Of a stretch of DNA of 64,000 nucleotides, positions 41,450 to 55,269 are shown one piece after another; the stretch's first letter is position 1; every line of letters starts with the position of its first letter. Origin of the DNA: the human T2T-CHM13v2.0 reference genome, Homo sapiens. The translations under genes and the position numbers were made by a program. Under the pieces are notes generated by a model. The model was given only the letters and a program-made list of their open reading frames with translations, did not search any database and was not told the origin of the DNA. The DNA lies in the NCBI RefSeq assembly GCF_009914755.1, contig NC_060934.1, one strand, 5' to 3'.

Positions 41450-42655
41450 AGGGATACATTAGGGGAATAGATTGTAATCTCTACATCCCCAATCCATGAA
41501 AACAAAACAGAAATGGAGGGCCAAGAAACCTACACAGGGAAGACACGAAATAGCAAACATACCTGATTTATCCAAGGGAAGGCAGAGGAGGGAAACGAAA
41601 GGATGAATAACAGGTGAGGCAAGCAGGACATAACTCGTAGGATGGTCAGCATGCCCAGCGCGGCGGCGAGGACTTCGGAAGTCAGTGGACCCAGTGGAGA
41701 CTCAGATGAAAATCAGAGATGGTCTCACTGTGGGAACATGGTGTGCAACCATAGACTAAGGCGGCACACCTTAAACATAGCCTAAGAGATGCACCGTGCA
41801 GGGCAGGCACCCACATGAAGCGGCTATGTAAACGTGACAAAGTAGATATTAAGAAAAGTAGGAAGGAACAGTAAAAATAAGATCAGATATCAGCAAAGCA
41901 GAAAATGGTATTACAGAGATGTTAACAAAGGCAGAAATTATGTCCTTGGAAAGAGTCGTAAAAATTTTCAAAATTCCCAGCCAAACCTGATGAAGAAAAA
42001 TGAAATGACAAATAATATAAATGAAAAGGAAAGATCACTACAGAATCTACAAATATTCAAAGATAATGAGGATGTTATTTAAAACTTTATGTTGACAAAT
42101 TTGACAGTTTAGATACAATGAGCTAAGTTTTTGTCAGAGCTTAACAATTTAATCTAAAGAAATCAAAAATTGAAAATTAAAAATCTTCCCTCAAAGAAAA
42201 ATCTAGGCCCATACAGCTTCACTGTTCAGTTTTATCAAATAGTTAAGGAAGAAGTAATTCCAATCTTATATTAGCCCTTTCAAGGAATAGCAGAAGAGAG
42301 AATAATTCCTAGCTTGTTTCATAAGACCAACACAACCATGACACCAAGATGCCAAGATGTGTCAAGGATGTTTGAGAAATGGTAACCACAGACCAATGTC
42401 TCTCATGAACCCAAATTTTAAAATCCTAATAAAATATTAGAATGTCAATTTTACAATATAGAAAAATATGTATATTTCCAGTGGGGTTTATTCCATTCAA
42501 AAATCAATCGGTGTAATTCTCCACATTCACAGAGGAAAAGAAAAGAACTTTATGATGATAATGATCATAGTAACCAAAAAAAGCATTTGACAAATTTCAA
42601 CATCCATTCACGATGAAAATGCACTGCAAAGTAAGAATATAAAGGAAATTCTCTT
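41450..42655 (+). mobile_element. Old LINE-1 ORF2 fragments, sense orientation
   Basis: A-rich; ATCACTACAGAATCTACAAATATT, CTAGGCCCATACAGCTTCACTG, CAGACCAATGTCTCTCATGAAC, AAAAAGCATTTGACAAATTTCAACATCCATT (EKAFDKIQHPF-type RT motif). 5' boundary uncertain. Confidence 0.8.
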
Positions 42656-42675
42656 ACATGACAGCGTGTATACGA

Positions 42676-42731
42676 GTGTGCACACGTGTGTGTGCGTGTG
42701 CATGCATGTATGTGTGTGTACACGTGTGCAC
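42676..42731. repeat. 56-bp perfect alternating purine-pyrimidine (TG/CA-rich) tract
   Basis: GTGTGCACACGTGTGTGTGCGTGTGCATGCATGTATGTGTGTGTACACGTGTGCAC. Confidence 0.9.
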
Positions 42732-44994
42732 CTGTGGTTTTCTCTCCATGTTTCTTCCAGTACTGATCAGGGTTGCTTGTTTTCAGGAGTTTTCAAGTGC
42801 TCTACCTTCAAGTTTTCCCCAGCTAAATCTTTCCCATTTCTTTCTCTAAATCCCTTTTTGATATTTGCAGTTATTTTCAACTTACCACCAATATTTTAGT
42901 CTTGATTAGAATCTTCCCAGAAAAGACAAGTTTTCCTTCTGATTCCCACATGTCCCTTCAGCTCGTGATGGCGCAGAATATGTTTGCTTGCCAGTTAGGG
43001 GAACCTGAGGCTGCCTTCCTGGGCAGAGTGGCGATTTGTACTGGGCCGACAGGGCAGCCACTGTTACTTATGGACAGGTGGACTAGGCTCTTTTTCATCC
43101 TGAGGAACTGCTCCGCGCTTGGGAAGAGCCACTGGAGTTTATCAGCCTGCGTGTAAGCATGTGGGAAGGGGGATCAGGAACATTTAGTAGAATAGTCCGT
43201 GCTCCAGGTGATCAGTCCCCACCCACCCGCATGCCTCTCCTTCTCCATCCCACCCGCATTTTGGGTCATTGGGGGATTAATTTATTCGTGTCTCGTAAGC
43301 ACTGGCAGAACACCACCCGTGTGAACAGCATTGGTGAAGCCTGTGGAGTTCTTTTTGAGACTTCCTTGAGCTTCCGGCAGCACGTGTGAGTTTCGGGGGT
43401 GATTGGAATGTTTCTCCCTGGAGGGAGGCCTGATGCCCTGGAGCTGGCTCCAGCCCGAGCCCCGCGGCGTGTTCTGCCTGCTGCCGCCTACCTGCAGGGA
43501 GACGCCTGAGCTGGGAAGGTTCTGAGGGTTGGCAGGGTGCTCTGCTGTGCTCTTTGGGAGGATCCCCTTGGCTGTTCTGCATGCCCAGGGCCGTGCTCTC
43601 CGTGGAAATCTATGTTGGAGACGACAGGCTCCGGTTCCAGCTACACCAGCCTGACTTCCACTGGACAGTGCCATTTTCTGCCTCTGATAACACCGTGGTG
43701 AAGCGCCTTACGTAAAGCAACAGATTTTTTGTTTTAAGATGCACTATAATTACTCTTTTCAGAACCAATAATATTAACCCAGTGAAGTCAAAACTGAATT
43801 GTTTTATAAACTGACTATGGAGCTGGTGTAAGGAGATGCAGGGAAGGCTTCTCATCTGAGTCGGTAGCAGAGTACATAGTGCAAGAAGCGTGGGCAGGCT
43901 CCCAGCGCACCCAGAGATCAAGGAGAGTGATGGGTGCTGCCCGCCTCTGAGGGGACGGAGGCAGCTGCCACCCGCCGTGTCCCTCACGCTGGCTTTCAGA
44001 AGGCTTCACGCAAGTGGGCTCACAGGCAAGAAGAAAAGCTGTGGGCCGTGTGTCTCCCTTGGCTATGGCTCAGTTTTAATGTAATTAGAAGCTCAACTTG
44101 AAAGTGAGATATCAAAGGAAGCCTTCAGTTGCTGAAGATGGGTGTGCTGGGGGATGAGGGCGTGGGTTGAAAAGTATCCAGTTACTGTTTTTCTCACGTG
44201 GATCAGTCTAACATATGTGACTCTGGTAATTGAAGATGGTGACAGGCTAAACTAAGCTGGGATTCCCCAGGGAGAGACTAGGATTTCTGGAACCAGTCTA
44301 ACAAAAACAGAAACTTGAAGGAGAAAACAGAATATGCCTCCCTCTCTTCCCTGCTTCCCTCCTCTACTCAAAAAAAAGAAAGAAAGAAAAAAGCAGCTTT
44401 TGCAATGAAGAATTCAGTTTTTCGCCCCCGAGTGTATGATGGTAGTGACTTTGGTGTTCCTGGTGCAGACCTGTATTTTTTTGTGATGTCTTCATCTGGC
44501 CCCTCGCCCTCCACTCTTCATGATGAATATGAGACCTGTGCACTGAGGGTCCTCACCAACACTTCCTTCCTCACAGCCGTATGATTTCATCCGGAAGCGG
44601 CCTCTAAAAATAAACACCCTCATGTTAGCCTTTTTCCACCATGCTTCATATTTGGCTCTTGTATAAATATCTGCCACGTTTCCACTGGGAATTATTGCTG
44701 TTATATATTTTATAGACACTCGACTGTCATCTAAGTGGCTTATTTTATTCCCATAGCTAGAAGAAAAATACAAAAATAATTTTGTAATGTGAGTGTGATT
44801 GTGGGCCAGGAGTTATGTTCTGAGAAGGAGCTGAGAGTAAATTATATTCCTGCTTTATTGTGTTGATATTGTCTTCCCTGTTGTGTCCTGAGTTAGCCTT
44901 TGTTGTTCCAAGTTATTAACCAGAGGTGGCTTGATAATGACGCCACTTTGGAAGCGTCTGGCTGGTGTTTAAAACTCTAGCTGGTGATAAATAT

Positions 44995-45054
44995 ATTTTA
45001 GTCCTATTAATGAAGAATTGTAACATTTTAGTCCTATTAATGAAGAATTTTAAC
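44995..45054. repeat. 30-bp tandem duplication
   Basis: ATTTTAGTCCTATTAATGAAGAATT(G/T)TAAC x2, one mismatch. Confidence 0.95.
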
Positions 45055-48000
45055 ATCCATGCAGATGAGCGGCATCCTAAAAGCAGCTTCAGATGCTTTG
45101 GGGTGTTTTCTACCGAAGATGCTTTTGTAGAAATACCGCCTTGCTTTTCATTTTTTACACTGGTCTGTTCATCAAAAACCATAACTTCATGGAACTTGCT
45201 TCTGTGGAATGAACTAAATGTAAATTATTTTTCCAAAAGCTTTATGAGTTTATCATACATGTTTTGGAAAAAGTGGAAAAACACTAGGAAGAAGTTCCAG
45301 TGAGCAAATGTTTCCCGACATGTTTCACGTTTTGCTCTGGTTTGAAGCAGGGCGTTTTGTGGAAGGTAGGGCTGGTGGATCGCTCGGTCGCTGGGCAGTG
45401 CTGGTCACTGCCTTTCTTTGGTTGAGCTGGTCTTGAGTCCTGGTACCTGTGTCTGCCCTGGCATTGACCCCGTGGTGCTTTCTGTGCATCTCCGTGCTCA
45501 CCTTTCTGGAACACAGCCCCTGAACAGAATCATTTGGCAAAACATCCCAGTACAAAAACCAGTGGGTTTTACATGGGGAAAGAACTCAATGAGTCCACAG
45601 TTCGTGTCGATGAAGGAGGCACTGCGTGTTGGGCTCAAACGCATCTGTAACTGTGGGTGCCAAGAGACAAGTAGAGCTCAGACTGCTGGGAGCGTTGGCT
45701 GGAATAAAGCTGGCCCTCACGGGGCTGTTAAAATACTTGAACTTGAATTCAAAGTCAGATTTAAGCTGACTTCACCCCTCTTCCCTTGCTTCTGAAGATT
45801 CTGGTTTTTCACGAGACAGAAAAAAGGGTGGAACCAGGAGCTTATCCCCTTCCTTCCTTCCTTGCAAGCAGCAGCAACAGCCATTGAAACTCAAAGACAG
45901 CAAGAGCTCTCTTCCCGCCCACTCCCAGCGCCACTCCCGGGGGAACCCATGTGGGAAGGGCTCTTCCTGACACCTCTCCTGCAGCACACAGCACACGTCA
46001 GCCTTGCCCTGCATGCAGCCTTCCCAGCTGGAGCAGGTCCCACCAGCGCCCTGCCAGGCGGCAATGGTCTACACCGCCATTTTACCTTCCCCAGGTCTGT
46101 GGCATTAGGTCTTCCCTTGTGAGTGGCTCGTATTCTTTTCAAGATACTGTAAATAATTTGGCATCATATGGACCACTTGATGCTTCTATATGAAACATGC
46201 CTTATAAACCCTTAGTACTGCATGATTTCAGATTACGGAAATATCTGCATGAGTATTGGCTGCGATATCTCTGTACTAGAAATTTCAGTGCTACCTCTAC
46301 ACAAACAGACACACTGGGGATGTGCTGTGTGTATTGTATGAGTGTATCATAGAATATTTCATTGTCCGTGGTAGTACATTTCACATCATAGGCTGTCTGT
46401 GGCTACTTTTAAACCTTAGACATTTGAATTTTCCCTCAAGCTTTATTCTGGTGAAGCGTGGGATGGGGTCTTAGCTCACTTTGGAAGGATGGAACAGTTA
46501 AGCAGCGTACCTGGTGACTGGCACTGTGTGTGAGTGATGCCACCTCGGCACCTTCGCGTTGATCATCTTTAGGATCTTTAGGATCACTGAGAATTAATCA
46601 TTCTTTGCATGCATAAACCTGTGTAAGGGTTGCTCCACGTTTCTGCCATTGCTCACAGATAAAACACATTCATGATCTCAGCTTAATCCCAAGAGGATGT
46701 TTCCCCATCCATCAAAACCACAGTGCAGGTTTTCACTGATGGGACATAGGGAAGGTATGGCAAGCTGGGTGGAGGTGTGTTTCCTGGACTTTTCCGGAAT
46801 AACCCAACCCATCCCTCCTAGTGAGCACAGAATTACCCAGAAAGTTGAAAAGGAAAACACAGTTTATTGGAACAAATATGCAAAGTGATTTGTTCTTTTC
46901 ACAGAGAAGGTAAATAGCATGTCAGCCGCCAAGGCCCTCACACACACGGATCTGCCCGTGGAGTGATGAACTTGTAAAAGAACGTCAGGTGGAAGCGGTG
47001 AGAGGGCCTGGACAGTTGTTCTGCAGGTGTGTTCTTTGTCTGGTTAATCGCGTGCGTCTCCAGTCTGTGGCTGGCCAGCCGCGTCCACCTGCGTGCTCCG
47101 GGCACCCAAGGTGCTTGGTTAATATGCAGCTCTCTCAACATCTCCCCCTTAGGAGCAACAGGTACCCGGTGCTGGTGTTGTCCGTCCAGATGAAAGGGCC
47201 TGGCCACTCTGATTGCACTTCTCTTTGATCTCCCTGTAGAAGGTCGGCTTGTCTGCCTAGAGATTCCTCTGAAGGGCAATTTAAAAGTTGGATTTGAGCA
47301 ACATCAAGTGAAATGTCTTCCCATCTCACGCCGTGAGGAGCTCTTTGGTGTGGCTCATGGCTGGATGTGAGGAAAGATATTAACCCTTCCTTTGAAACAA
47401 ACTGTCTCACAGGCTGAACTTGCCAGCTACCTTTCTCCTCTGCTTTTAGAAAAGAAAATATTTTCTTTCTCATAATGCTCTTGGCCCTTGAAGATAAACT
47501 CATTGCAGTGTTTAAAATTTGTCCTGAGACCCTATTGCCTTTACTTTGTTAGTGTGTGTGAGACTGAAGGCCTGTGGATGGGTGAGATGCTTCGAACTGA
47601 TAGAAAAAGAAAACAGAAGGAAGATTTTTGTGGGCAGAGCCGAGACGCCGTCTCTCAAGGTGTTGTGATCAGTAAAAGAATCCATTTTTAATGGTGAACT
47701 GGCAAAGGCTGCTAAATACCAATTACTGAGTAAAGTGCCATGAGAAGGTAAAGCCACTTTTTGTGAATTATTTCATTGCACTAACGTGCTCGTACTGAAA
47801 AACATGGCCAGGCTGCTTCCGATACAGTTCACTTAAAGAAAAATGGCTCACGTTAAAAATAGTTGCTTTATTTTGTAAATGTTTTAGAAAAGTGCATTGC
47901 TGTCCAGAAATCTAGATGTACACTTGTTTTGTGTTTAATGAAAAAGGGAAGGAAAAATATCTCGAAATCCCAAATCTCATCGGTATCAATAGGATCATAA

Positions 48001-48496
48001 AAGTAAAGGCAGGAAAAGGAATTTGCTGCTCGTGTTTCCCATCCATGTTTCCAGGTTATGTATTTTGTTTCTCAACTTTTATTTATGTTAATGAAACCAG
48101 TCTGCTTTTTTTTTTTGTTATTTTTGATGACTAAGATCCCATTTCTTAGGAATTTGTAACTCAGCTGTGACAACGTAGCCTGAGATTTACACAGTCCCCG
48201 TTAAGGGTAGAAAATAGAGGGAGGGCTTAGCTCTCTGTTTTCATAGCTGTGTTAAAGAGCCAAATAGTAATTTGTTGACCGAATGTATTATCTGTCCTGC
48301 CATATGTTGTTCAAATGATGAGACAGAAGAATGAAGGACTCTTACAATGTAAACTTCTGGAAATCATACTGTTTCAGGGTTGTTTACATTAATAACAATG
48401 ATGGCTTACATGTATGTATGGTTTTATAATTTTTTGAGATTATAAAAGGTATACATGGTCAGTGTTGAAAATAAAGTATAAAGAAATTAAAAATTT

Positions 48497-48805
<309 letters not shown>

Positions 48806-48862
48806 TGTATATTTCTATTGCATAATTAACTATTATTTATGTTTTATCAGTCCTTCTAATTT

Positions 48863-48990
48863 CTTTTTTTCTTAGGAGACAGGGGCTCCCTATGTTGCCC
48901 AGGTTGGTCTTGAACTCCTGGGCTGTAGCAATCCTCCCACCTTGGCCTCCTGAAGTGCTGGGATTGCAGGCGTAAGCCACCGCGCCCAGC
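48863..48990 (-). mobile_element. FLAM / Alu left monomer
   Basis: T-tract then GAGACAGGGG..TATGTTGCCCAGGTTGGTCTTGAACTCCTGGGCT..GTGCTGGGATTGCAGGCGTAAGCCACCGCGCCCAGC. Confidence 0.9.
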
Positions 48991-49504
48991 TTTCTAGTTT
49001 GTTTTTATGCCTACAGCGTACAAATGTTACTAAAGTTTGGATTGCGTCACACTGCATGTGTTGTAGTGGGATATGCCTTTTTATGCACCAGCGTATGCAT
49101 TGTGCCACATCCTTAGACATGACTTTTATTGGATATGCAGTAGCCTGGCTTATGGATGTTTCATAATTTATTTAACACCCTGTGATTGGTTATTTAGCTT
49201 ACTTTCATTTTTAACTGTACCAAATTGTGCTGTCATGCCATCCTGGAAGTGGATTGCATGTGGGCGCCTTGTACTTGATAGAGCACTTTCTTAAACTGTA
49301 TCTCAGTCATTAGCACAAGTGCTCCATGAGGCAGTGAGGCCACTGAGTAGTGATCCGGGTCACAAGGGAAGAACTGAGGCCCAGCGAGACTGAAGCGGGT
49401 ATTTTCACGTGAGACTTCGCCAGTACGGGGCAAAAGCACACGGTAGAGGATTTTGAAATCACCCTGATTGAAGACCAAGCTGGTTTTTGTCCCAACAATA
49501 GTGA

Positions 49505-49600
49505 TTCCTTCATTTATCCCACAAATATTTAAATGCTGCGTACGTGTCAGGCACTGTCCTTGGTTCTGGTGAATAGAGCAGACCCTGCCTGCTGCTCCGG
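49505..49600 (-). mobile_element. L2 3' end fragment
   Basis: TTCATTTATCCCACAAATATTTAAATGC..GTGTCAGGCACTGT. Confidence 0.55.
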
Positions 49601-50760
49601 GGGATGCCGGCCCGATTCTTTGGTAACTCTGGAAGGCTTGTGCACCTGCTGGAGTTTGGGGGAGAGAGGGAGGGTTGTGGACCCAGTCACATACCACAGT
49701 GGGTTCAAAGTCTCATCTTTATTCTGGGAGTGACTGGGTGTCTTTAAAAGTCAAGTTCGGAAGATTCTCATTTAATGATATTTGATTCCATGTCTCATGC
49801 AGAGGAATACTTAGATACGACGGAATGAGTTAAGTAAAGGGTAAAGTATTACTTAAATATATCATCTGAAAATAACTGCTTCATATCTCTTGTATCTTAA
49901 AATATTTTCTGGACAAAAATTTTATGTAAATTAAAACAAAATGCTGTTTTTCATCATTGTATTAGGAAAAAATGTAAATACAAAATATTTGGTGTTTTGA
50001 AGGATGGGCCGGAAATGGGGATGTTTTTGTATGATGCTGCTGATAACAGTAAGTTGCTATCAGTCTTGTGACCATATACATACAGACATAAAAATGTTAA
50101 AACCCTTCTCAGTACTCCCACTTTGAAAAAGTATACTCTAGAAAAATATCTAAATTATAGAAAAAACGTTATACCTTGCAGCTTCTCTTATCATGGTGGA
50201 AAGGAAACCAACCTAGACGTCCAACACTAGTGAGATCGTTTAGATAATACTGACACATGCTCTCACCAAACCGAGTCAGCATCTAATGCCTATGAGACTG
50301 CGTAGTCAGGGATAAATGCTTCCGTTAAGTGAAAAAGCAGAGTGCTAAAGAGCAGGCACATTAGAGTTACAACTGTGCCATGTGAGAAAAAGCTTGAAGT
50401 GAATACTCTCAAATGATGATAATGGCTGTTTTAGGGATGAAGATCAAGGAATTTCCTGTTTTTTCTTGTCTGTATTTCAAATTTTTTATAGTATAGTTAT
50501 ATTACTTTTTAAAACTAGCGACTTCATTTTATAAAATGACTTTTACTTATTTTTAAAATTTAAGCAATACAGGAAAGCAAAAGAAATAACAATTACCTCC
50601 CATCTCACAGCCCCCAGATAAGTAGTGCTGATACTTGGTGAGCCTCCTTGTAAAAGTCACTCTTTGCTTGCATAAACATGTGGTTATATGCATAAAAGAC
50701 AGTAACATAAACACAGATAAAACGACAAATATTTTCAAATGACAATAGTTTTGTTTAATA

Positions 50761-50900
50761 CAAGGTTCTTAAATATTGTCTGTAAAGAACCAGATAGTAA
50801 ATATATTAGTCTCTGTCTCAGTTATTCTGCCGTTTTGTGACAGCAATCATAGACAAAATGTAAATGAATTAATGCAGCCGTGTTCCAATAAAGTTTTATT
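50761..50900 (-). mobile_element. MER58A-like fragment
   Basis: TCTGTAAAGAACCAGATAGTAAATAT..CATAGACAA..GTAAATGAAT..GTGTTCCAATAAA. Confidence 0.75.
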
Positions 50901-50909
50901 GCTCTTCAT

Positions 50910-52550
50910 TCTGTTTAGATCCATTTCCACCTGGCATCATTTTCTTCTTCCTGACAGTTTCCTTCACCCTTTCTCATTGCACTGGTCTACTGCAGGTGAC
51001 TTCTTACAGTTTTTTAGTGCCCAAAATGTCTTTATTGCTTCTTGATTGTTGAAAGGTATTTTCACTGGGTGTAGAATTCTAGATTGACAGGGTTTTTTTC
51101 CTCCCAATACTTTACAGATTTTGCTACACTGCCCTCTTGCATGCATTGTTTCCATTAAGAATTCTGCTGTCATCCTCATCTTTTTGTGCCTCTGTGTGAC
51201 ATGATTTTTTCCTCTGGTAGGTTGTAAGGCCCCTTATCAATTTTTTGAACAATTTTATTGTGATGCATCTTGGTGCAGTTCTTCATGTGTCTTTTACTTG
51301 GTTTCACTGTCCATCTTGTATCTGTGCATTTGCAGTTTGCATCAAATTGGAAAATATTTTGGCTATTTCTTCAAATATATTTTTTTCCTTTTCCTTTCAG
51401 AAACTCCAACTACAGATATGTACGATTTCCTGAAGTTTTTCAAAACCTCACTGATAATCCTTCCTTCCTTTCTTCCTTCCTTTTGATTTCCTTTCTCTGT
51501 CCTCATTTTGTGTAGTTTCTATAGGAATATATTCAAGTTCACTAATTTTTTCTTTTGCAGTGTCTAATCTATTATTTTCATTTGATGTATTTTTCCATTG
51601 TAGGTTTTTTTAGTTTTTAATTCTGAAAGTTCTCTTTGGATCTTTTTTTTACTATATTCTATAATTCTAATTAACTTTTTGAATGTCTGGAATACAGTTA
51701 CATTAACTTTTTGCATCCTCGTCTGCTAATCTTAACATCTGAGTTAGTTTTAGGTCCATTTCAATTGACTGGTGTATTTCTTCGTAATGGATCATATTTT
51801 CCTGCTTCTTTGTGTGCCTGGTAATCTTTGATTGCATGTCCAGTATTGTGAATTTTACCTTGTTGAGTTCTGGTTATTTCTGCATTCTGATAGATTTCCT
51901 TGAGCTTTGTTCTGGGATACAGTCACAGTTAAATTACTTGGGAATAGTTTGACTCTTTTGGGTCTTGCTTTTAAGATTCGTTAGGTAGAACCAGAGCAGT
52001 GTACTGAGGCCAGCCCCCTTTTCAGCTCGCCCCGGATGGTCTGTGAATAGGAGGCATTCCAGTGTGGCTGTCAGGAAAAGTCATGCTCCCAGCCCTGCAA
52101 GAGCAGCGGTTACCACCCTGTCATCCTCACAGATAGCTCTTTTCCTGCCTGGGGGAGCTTCCTGACATGGCGGTGCCCATCAGTACTCTGATGAATATGT
52201 GAGGGTGACCTGTTGCAGATCTCAGGATTCCTCTTTCTGAGATGTGTCTCTGTCCCTCCAGTTCTGTCCTGCAAACTCTGCCTGTCCTGGTTTCCGGGCT
52301 CACAGCTCCATCCCCTCAGTTTGGGAGCTGGCCAGGCCCTTCCTGTGTGCCCCTCCGGGTGCCCGGAACTCTCAGGGCAGTCGCAGCCTTTTCTTCCTTG
52401 GTTTTCTGTCACTCATCTGTCTCTGTACTTTGCTCTCCAGTTTCTTGAAAAGTGTGTTCTATTTAATTTATTTTTTCTTTTTGGTTCTTTTTGGTGAGAG
52501 GGTCAATCTTGTCTCTTACTTATTTTATCTTGCCTGGAAACAGAAGTGCT
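50910..52550 (-). mobile_element. Old LINE-1 5' end/ORF1 (L1MD/L1MC-like)
   Basis: ORF 50964-51179 (RMTAEFLMETMHARGQCSKICKVLGGKKPCQSRILHPVKIPFNNQEAIKTF) is a recognisable L1 ORF1p C-terminal remnant. Confidence 0.85.
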
Positions 52551-53199
52551 GGGGTGTTTTTTAAAAAATAATTGTAAGATACATAATTTAAAGCTGTGCT
52601 ATTATAGTATTTACATGAAGTTTTAAAAAGAAATTTGCTTCCCCTAAACTTTCTGATCATCGATAGCACTTTTTGAGGCAGGGAGCCACTAGTGGTCACC
52701 TATGTCTGTTAGCAATAGACAGACATGTCTGTTACTTCCAAAGGACTCTCACAGTGTAAACTGAGGACCCTCTTACAAGCTGGTACGGGAAGACCAGGCC
52801 TGCATCTGTCAGAGATGAGAATAAGACAGATTCTCCTAATCAAGCTGCAAGGAGCTCCTGCTGTAATCACTCCAGAATATATATCAAGAGTGGATGTGTG
52901 TTCTCTATGGCAAAAAACAGGCACTGGAAAATTTACATATTTTTAGTTTAAAATATGCATGCTCTTGGCCAATATGTTTGAACTGAAAAAAGATAGAATG
53001 TGGTTTTCTGAGTTATCTTCTTTTTCTTTTTTCTCAAGTTAGTTAAGATTTATAAGGTGCTTACTCAGAAATTCATGGATGAAGTACAACGTTCACCTTC
53101 ACAACACTTTGCTCTGGTTACAAATTTTTGTGGTGTAGAAACCCCCAAAGTGCCTCGTATTTTCTCACCCGAGTCCAGCCGGAGATACTGACCTTGGTC

Positions 53200-53332
53200 T
53201 AGATCGTCACCTCTGAACCATTCCTGAAGAAGTGGGTAGACACCCCCTCAGGACTGCTGTAAGAGTGGAACACATTCACGTATAACCAGCACAGAGGTTA
53301 GTATTCAGTAAGCACTCAATAAATGTTGGCTC
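53200..53332 (+). mobile_element. MIR fragment
   Basis: CCTCAGGACTGCTGTAAGAGT..CAGTAAGCACTCAATAAATGTTGGCT (MIR 3' end). Confidence 0.6.
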
Positions 53333-54523
53333 TGAAGAGATTCTTCTCATTTGCATCATTGAAAAGGGGTCTTTGCAATGATGCTTATAGCCCAGTTTGG
53401 GGTGAATCATACCTCTAAGCAACTGTCATTGAAAGAAGGCCTTAATGCTGATAGTCATTGTTTCAGTTTTACTTTTTATTTCTTTGTCTTGGCTCTCTGG
53501 CTAGGCCTTTAATACAATTTTGAATAGAAGTCGTGATAATGGGCATTCTTGTCTTGTTACTAAATTTAGAGGAAAAGCTTTCAGCATTCCACTGTTGATT
53601 TCCTGTGAACTCTATAGATTGTTTTGTGGATACCCATTTTCCCCCAGAATGAAAGATCTTTTTGAAATTATATTATTCTTTCTTTAATGAGGCCATTTTC
53701 ATATTTGCATTTATGAGAAAATGTTTAAAAAAGTATGTGAACATAAATTATATAATCTTTTGAGTCAATCAGAATTATACAATTGAAAAATAGTCTACAA
53801 TTAATGATATTCAAGTATCTTTAGATTTTAAACTCATTAAATGAACATTGAAAGTTCTGTTTTCTAATTATAGAGCCGAGTTTAAATTGACAAGAGCAGC
53901 CACACTCGAGTTGTCTAAGTCAGAGGCTTTATATACCTGTTGGATTTTCCAAGGGTTGCTTCTCTTGAATAAAGGTGTTTTTGTTTCTCACATATTTTAC
54001 ATTTTCAATGACCTGTTTAGGCAGAAGCACCTTTTGTCACTAATTAGTGTGGTGTGACAAGTAACATAATGCGTATCTGAAAAGCTCCACTGGGTGTAAG
54101 TGGAGTTCACACCTCTTAATGAGTGCCTTCAAGAGTGTTTTTGTCATTCCCAGGGAGAACTAGTGCCCCTTGAATAGAAAACTGCTGTAAATGGAAAAAG
54201 GATGTGTCTTAGGAGCCTGGTGTAAGTGCAGATGGGCCCACCCTGTCCTCTGACTTTAGGGCCTTCCTCAAAGCCAAGGCCCTCTTGTGCGATGGGGCTC
54301 TTCTCCTTCTTAGAATTCCTACATCCAGAGTAATGGAGACGACTTGGGATCATGCTTCAGGATATATGTAGGTGCTCAACACAGGCTGGTTTCTGTTTTT
54401 AATTTCTGGCAGAATGAACCACTTGAAAATGAATTTTCATTACGATTTTAGGAGGGCTGAGAGTAGATGAGGTAAGAGATCTGCCTAGGGGGCAGGATCG
54501 AAGGAGGCTGTCACTCTCAGATT

Positions 54524-54922
54524 TGTGCAAGTGACTTGTGTTCCCCAAATTCACATGTTGGAGCCCTAGCCCTCAGTACGTCGGAGCGTGACTGTATTTG
54601 GAGATGGGGCCTTTAAGCAGGTACTTAAAGTTAAATTGGGGTTGTTAGAATAGGCCCTAATTCAGCCTGACTAGTGTCCTTATAAGAAGAGGAGATTAGG
54701 GCACAGATATACCATAGGCTTCTGTGCACAGAGATGACCATGTGAAGTGGCAGCAAGGGGTGGCCGTCCGCAAGCCAAGAAGAGAGGCGTCAGAGAAAAT
54801 CAACTCTGCCAACACCTTGAACCTAGACTTGCAGCATCCAGAGCTGTGAGAAAATAAATGTCTGTTCTTTAAACCACCCGGTCTATGGTATTTTGTTATG
54901 GCAGCCTGAGCAAATTCATTCA
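54524..54922 (+). mobile_element. MaLR solo LTR (MLT1A/MLT1B-like)
   Basis: CCCCAAATTCACATGTTG..GTGACTGTATTTGGAGATGGGGCCTTTAAG..GTGTCCTTATAAGAAGAGGAGA..GAAAATAAATGTCTGTT..TGGTATTTTGTTATGGCAGCC. Confidence 0.9.
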
Positions 54923-55269
54923 GCAAGTGCCAGCCTTGCACTCGCGGGAGAGTGAGTGCCTCCTGCAGTGCTCAGTCTGGTCTCAGGCTGAAATTCTAGG
55001 TAGATGCACATTTTCCCAGTTGGCAGGTGCTGGCTCATGCTGAAGGGGAACATATGCTCAGGATTCCTGCTTTATGTACTTCAAAAGGAGACATGTGACA
55101 TGTTTCACTTAACTTCATCTAAATTTCCTAGACACACCAATCTGTAACGGTTTAGAACTCAACCCGGTGGTTATACAGCTTTCCTGAAGTGGAGAGGTGG
55201 GCTACTTATCTTGTATGAGTCCCATGAGAACTAAAGAACAATGGTTCAAAAAACAGATGGATGTCTCCC

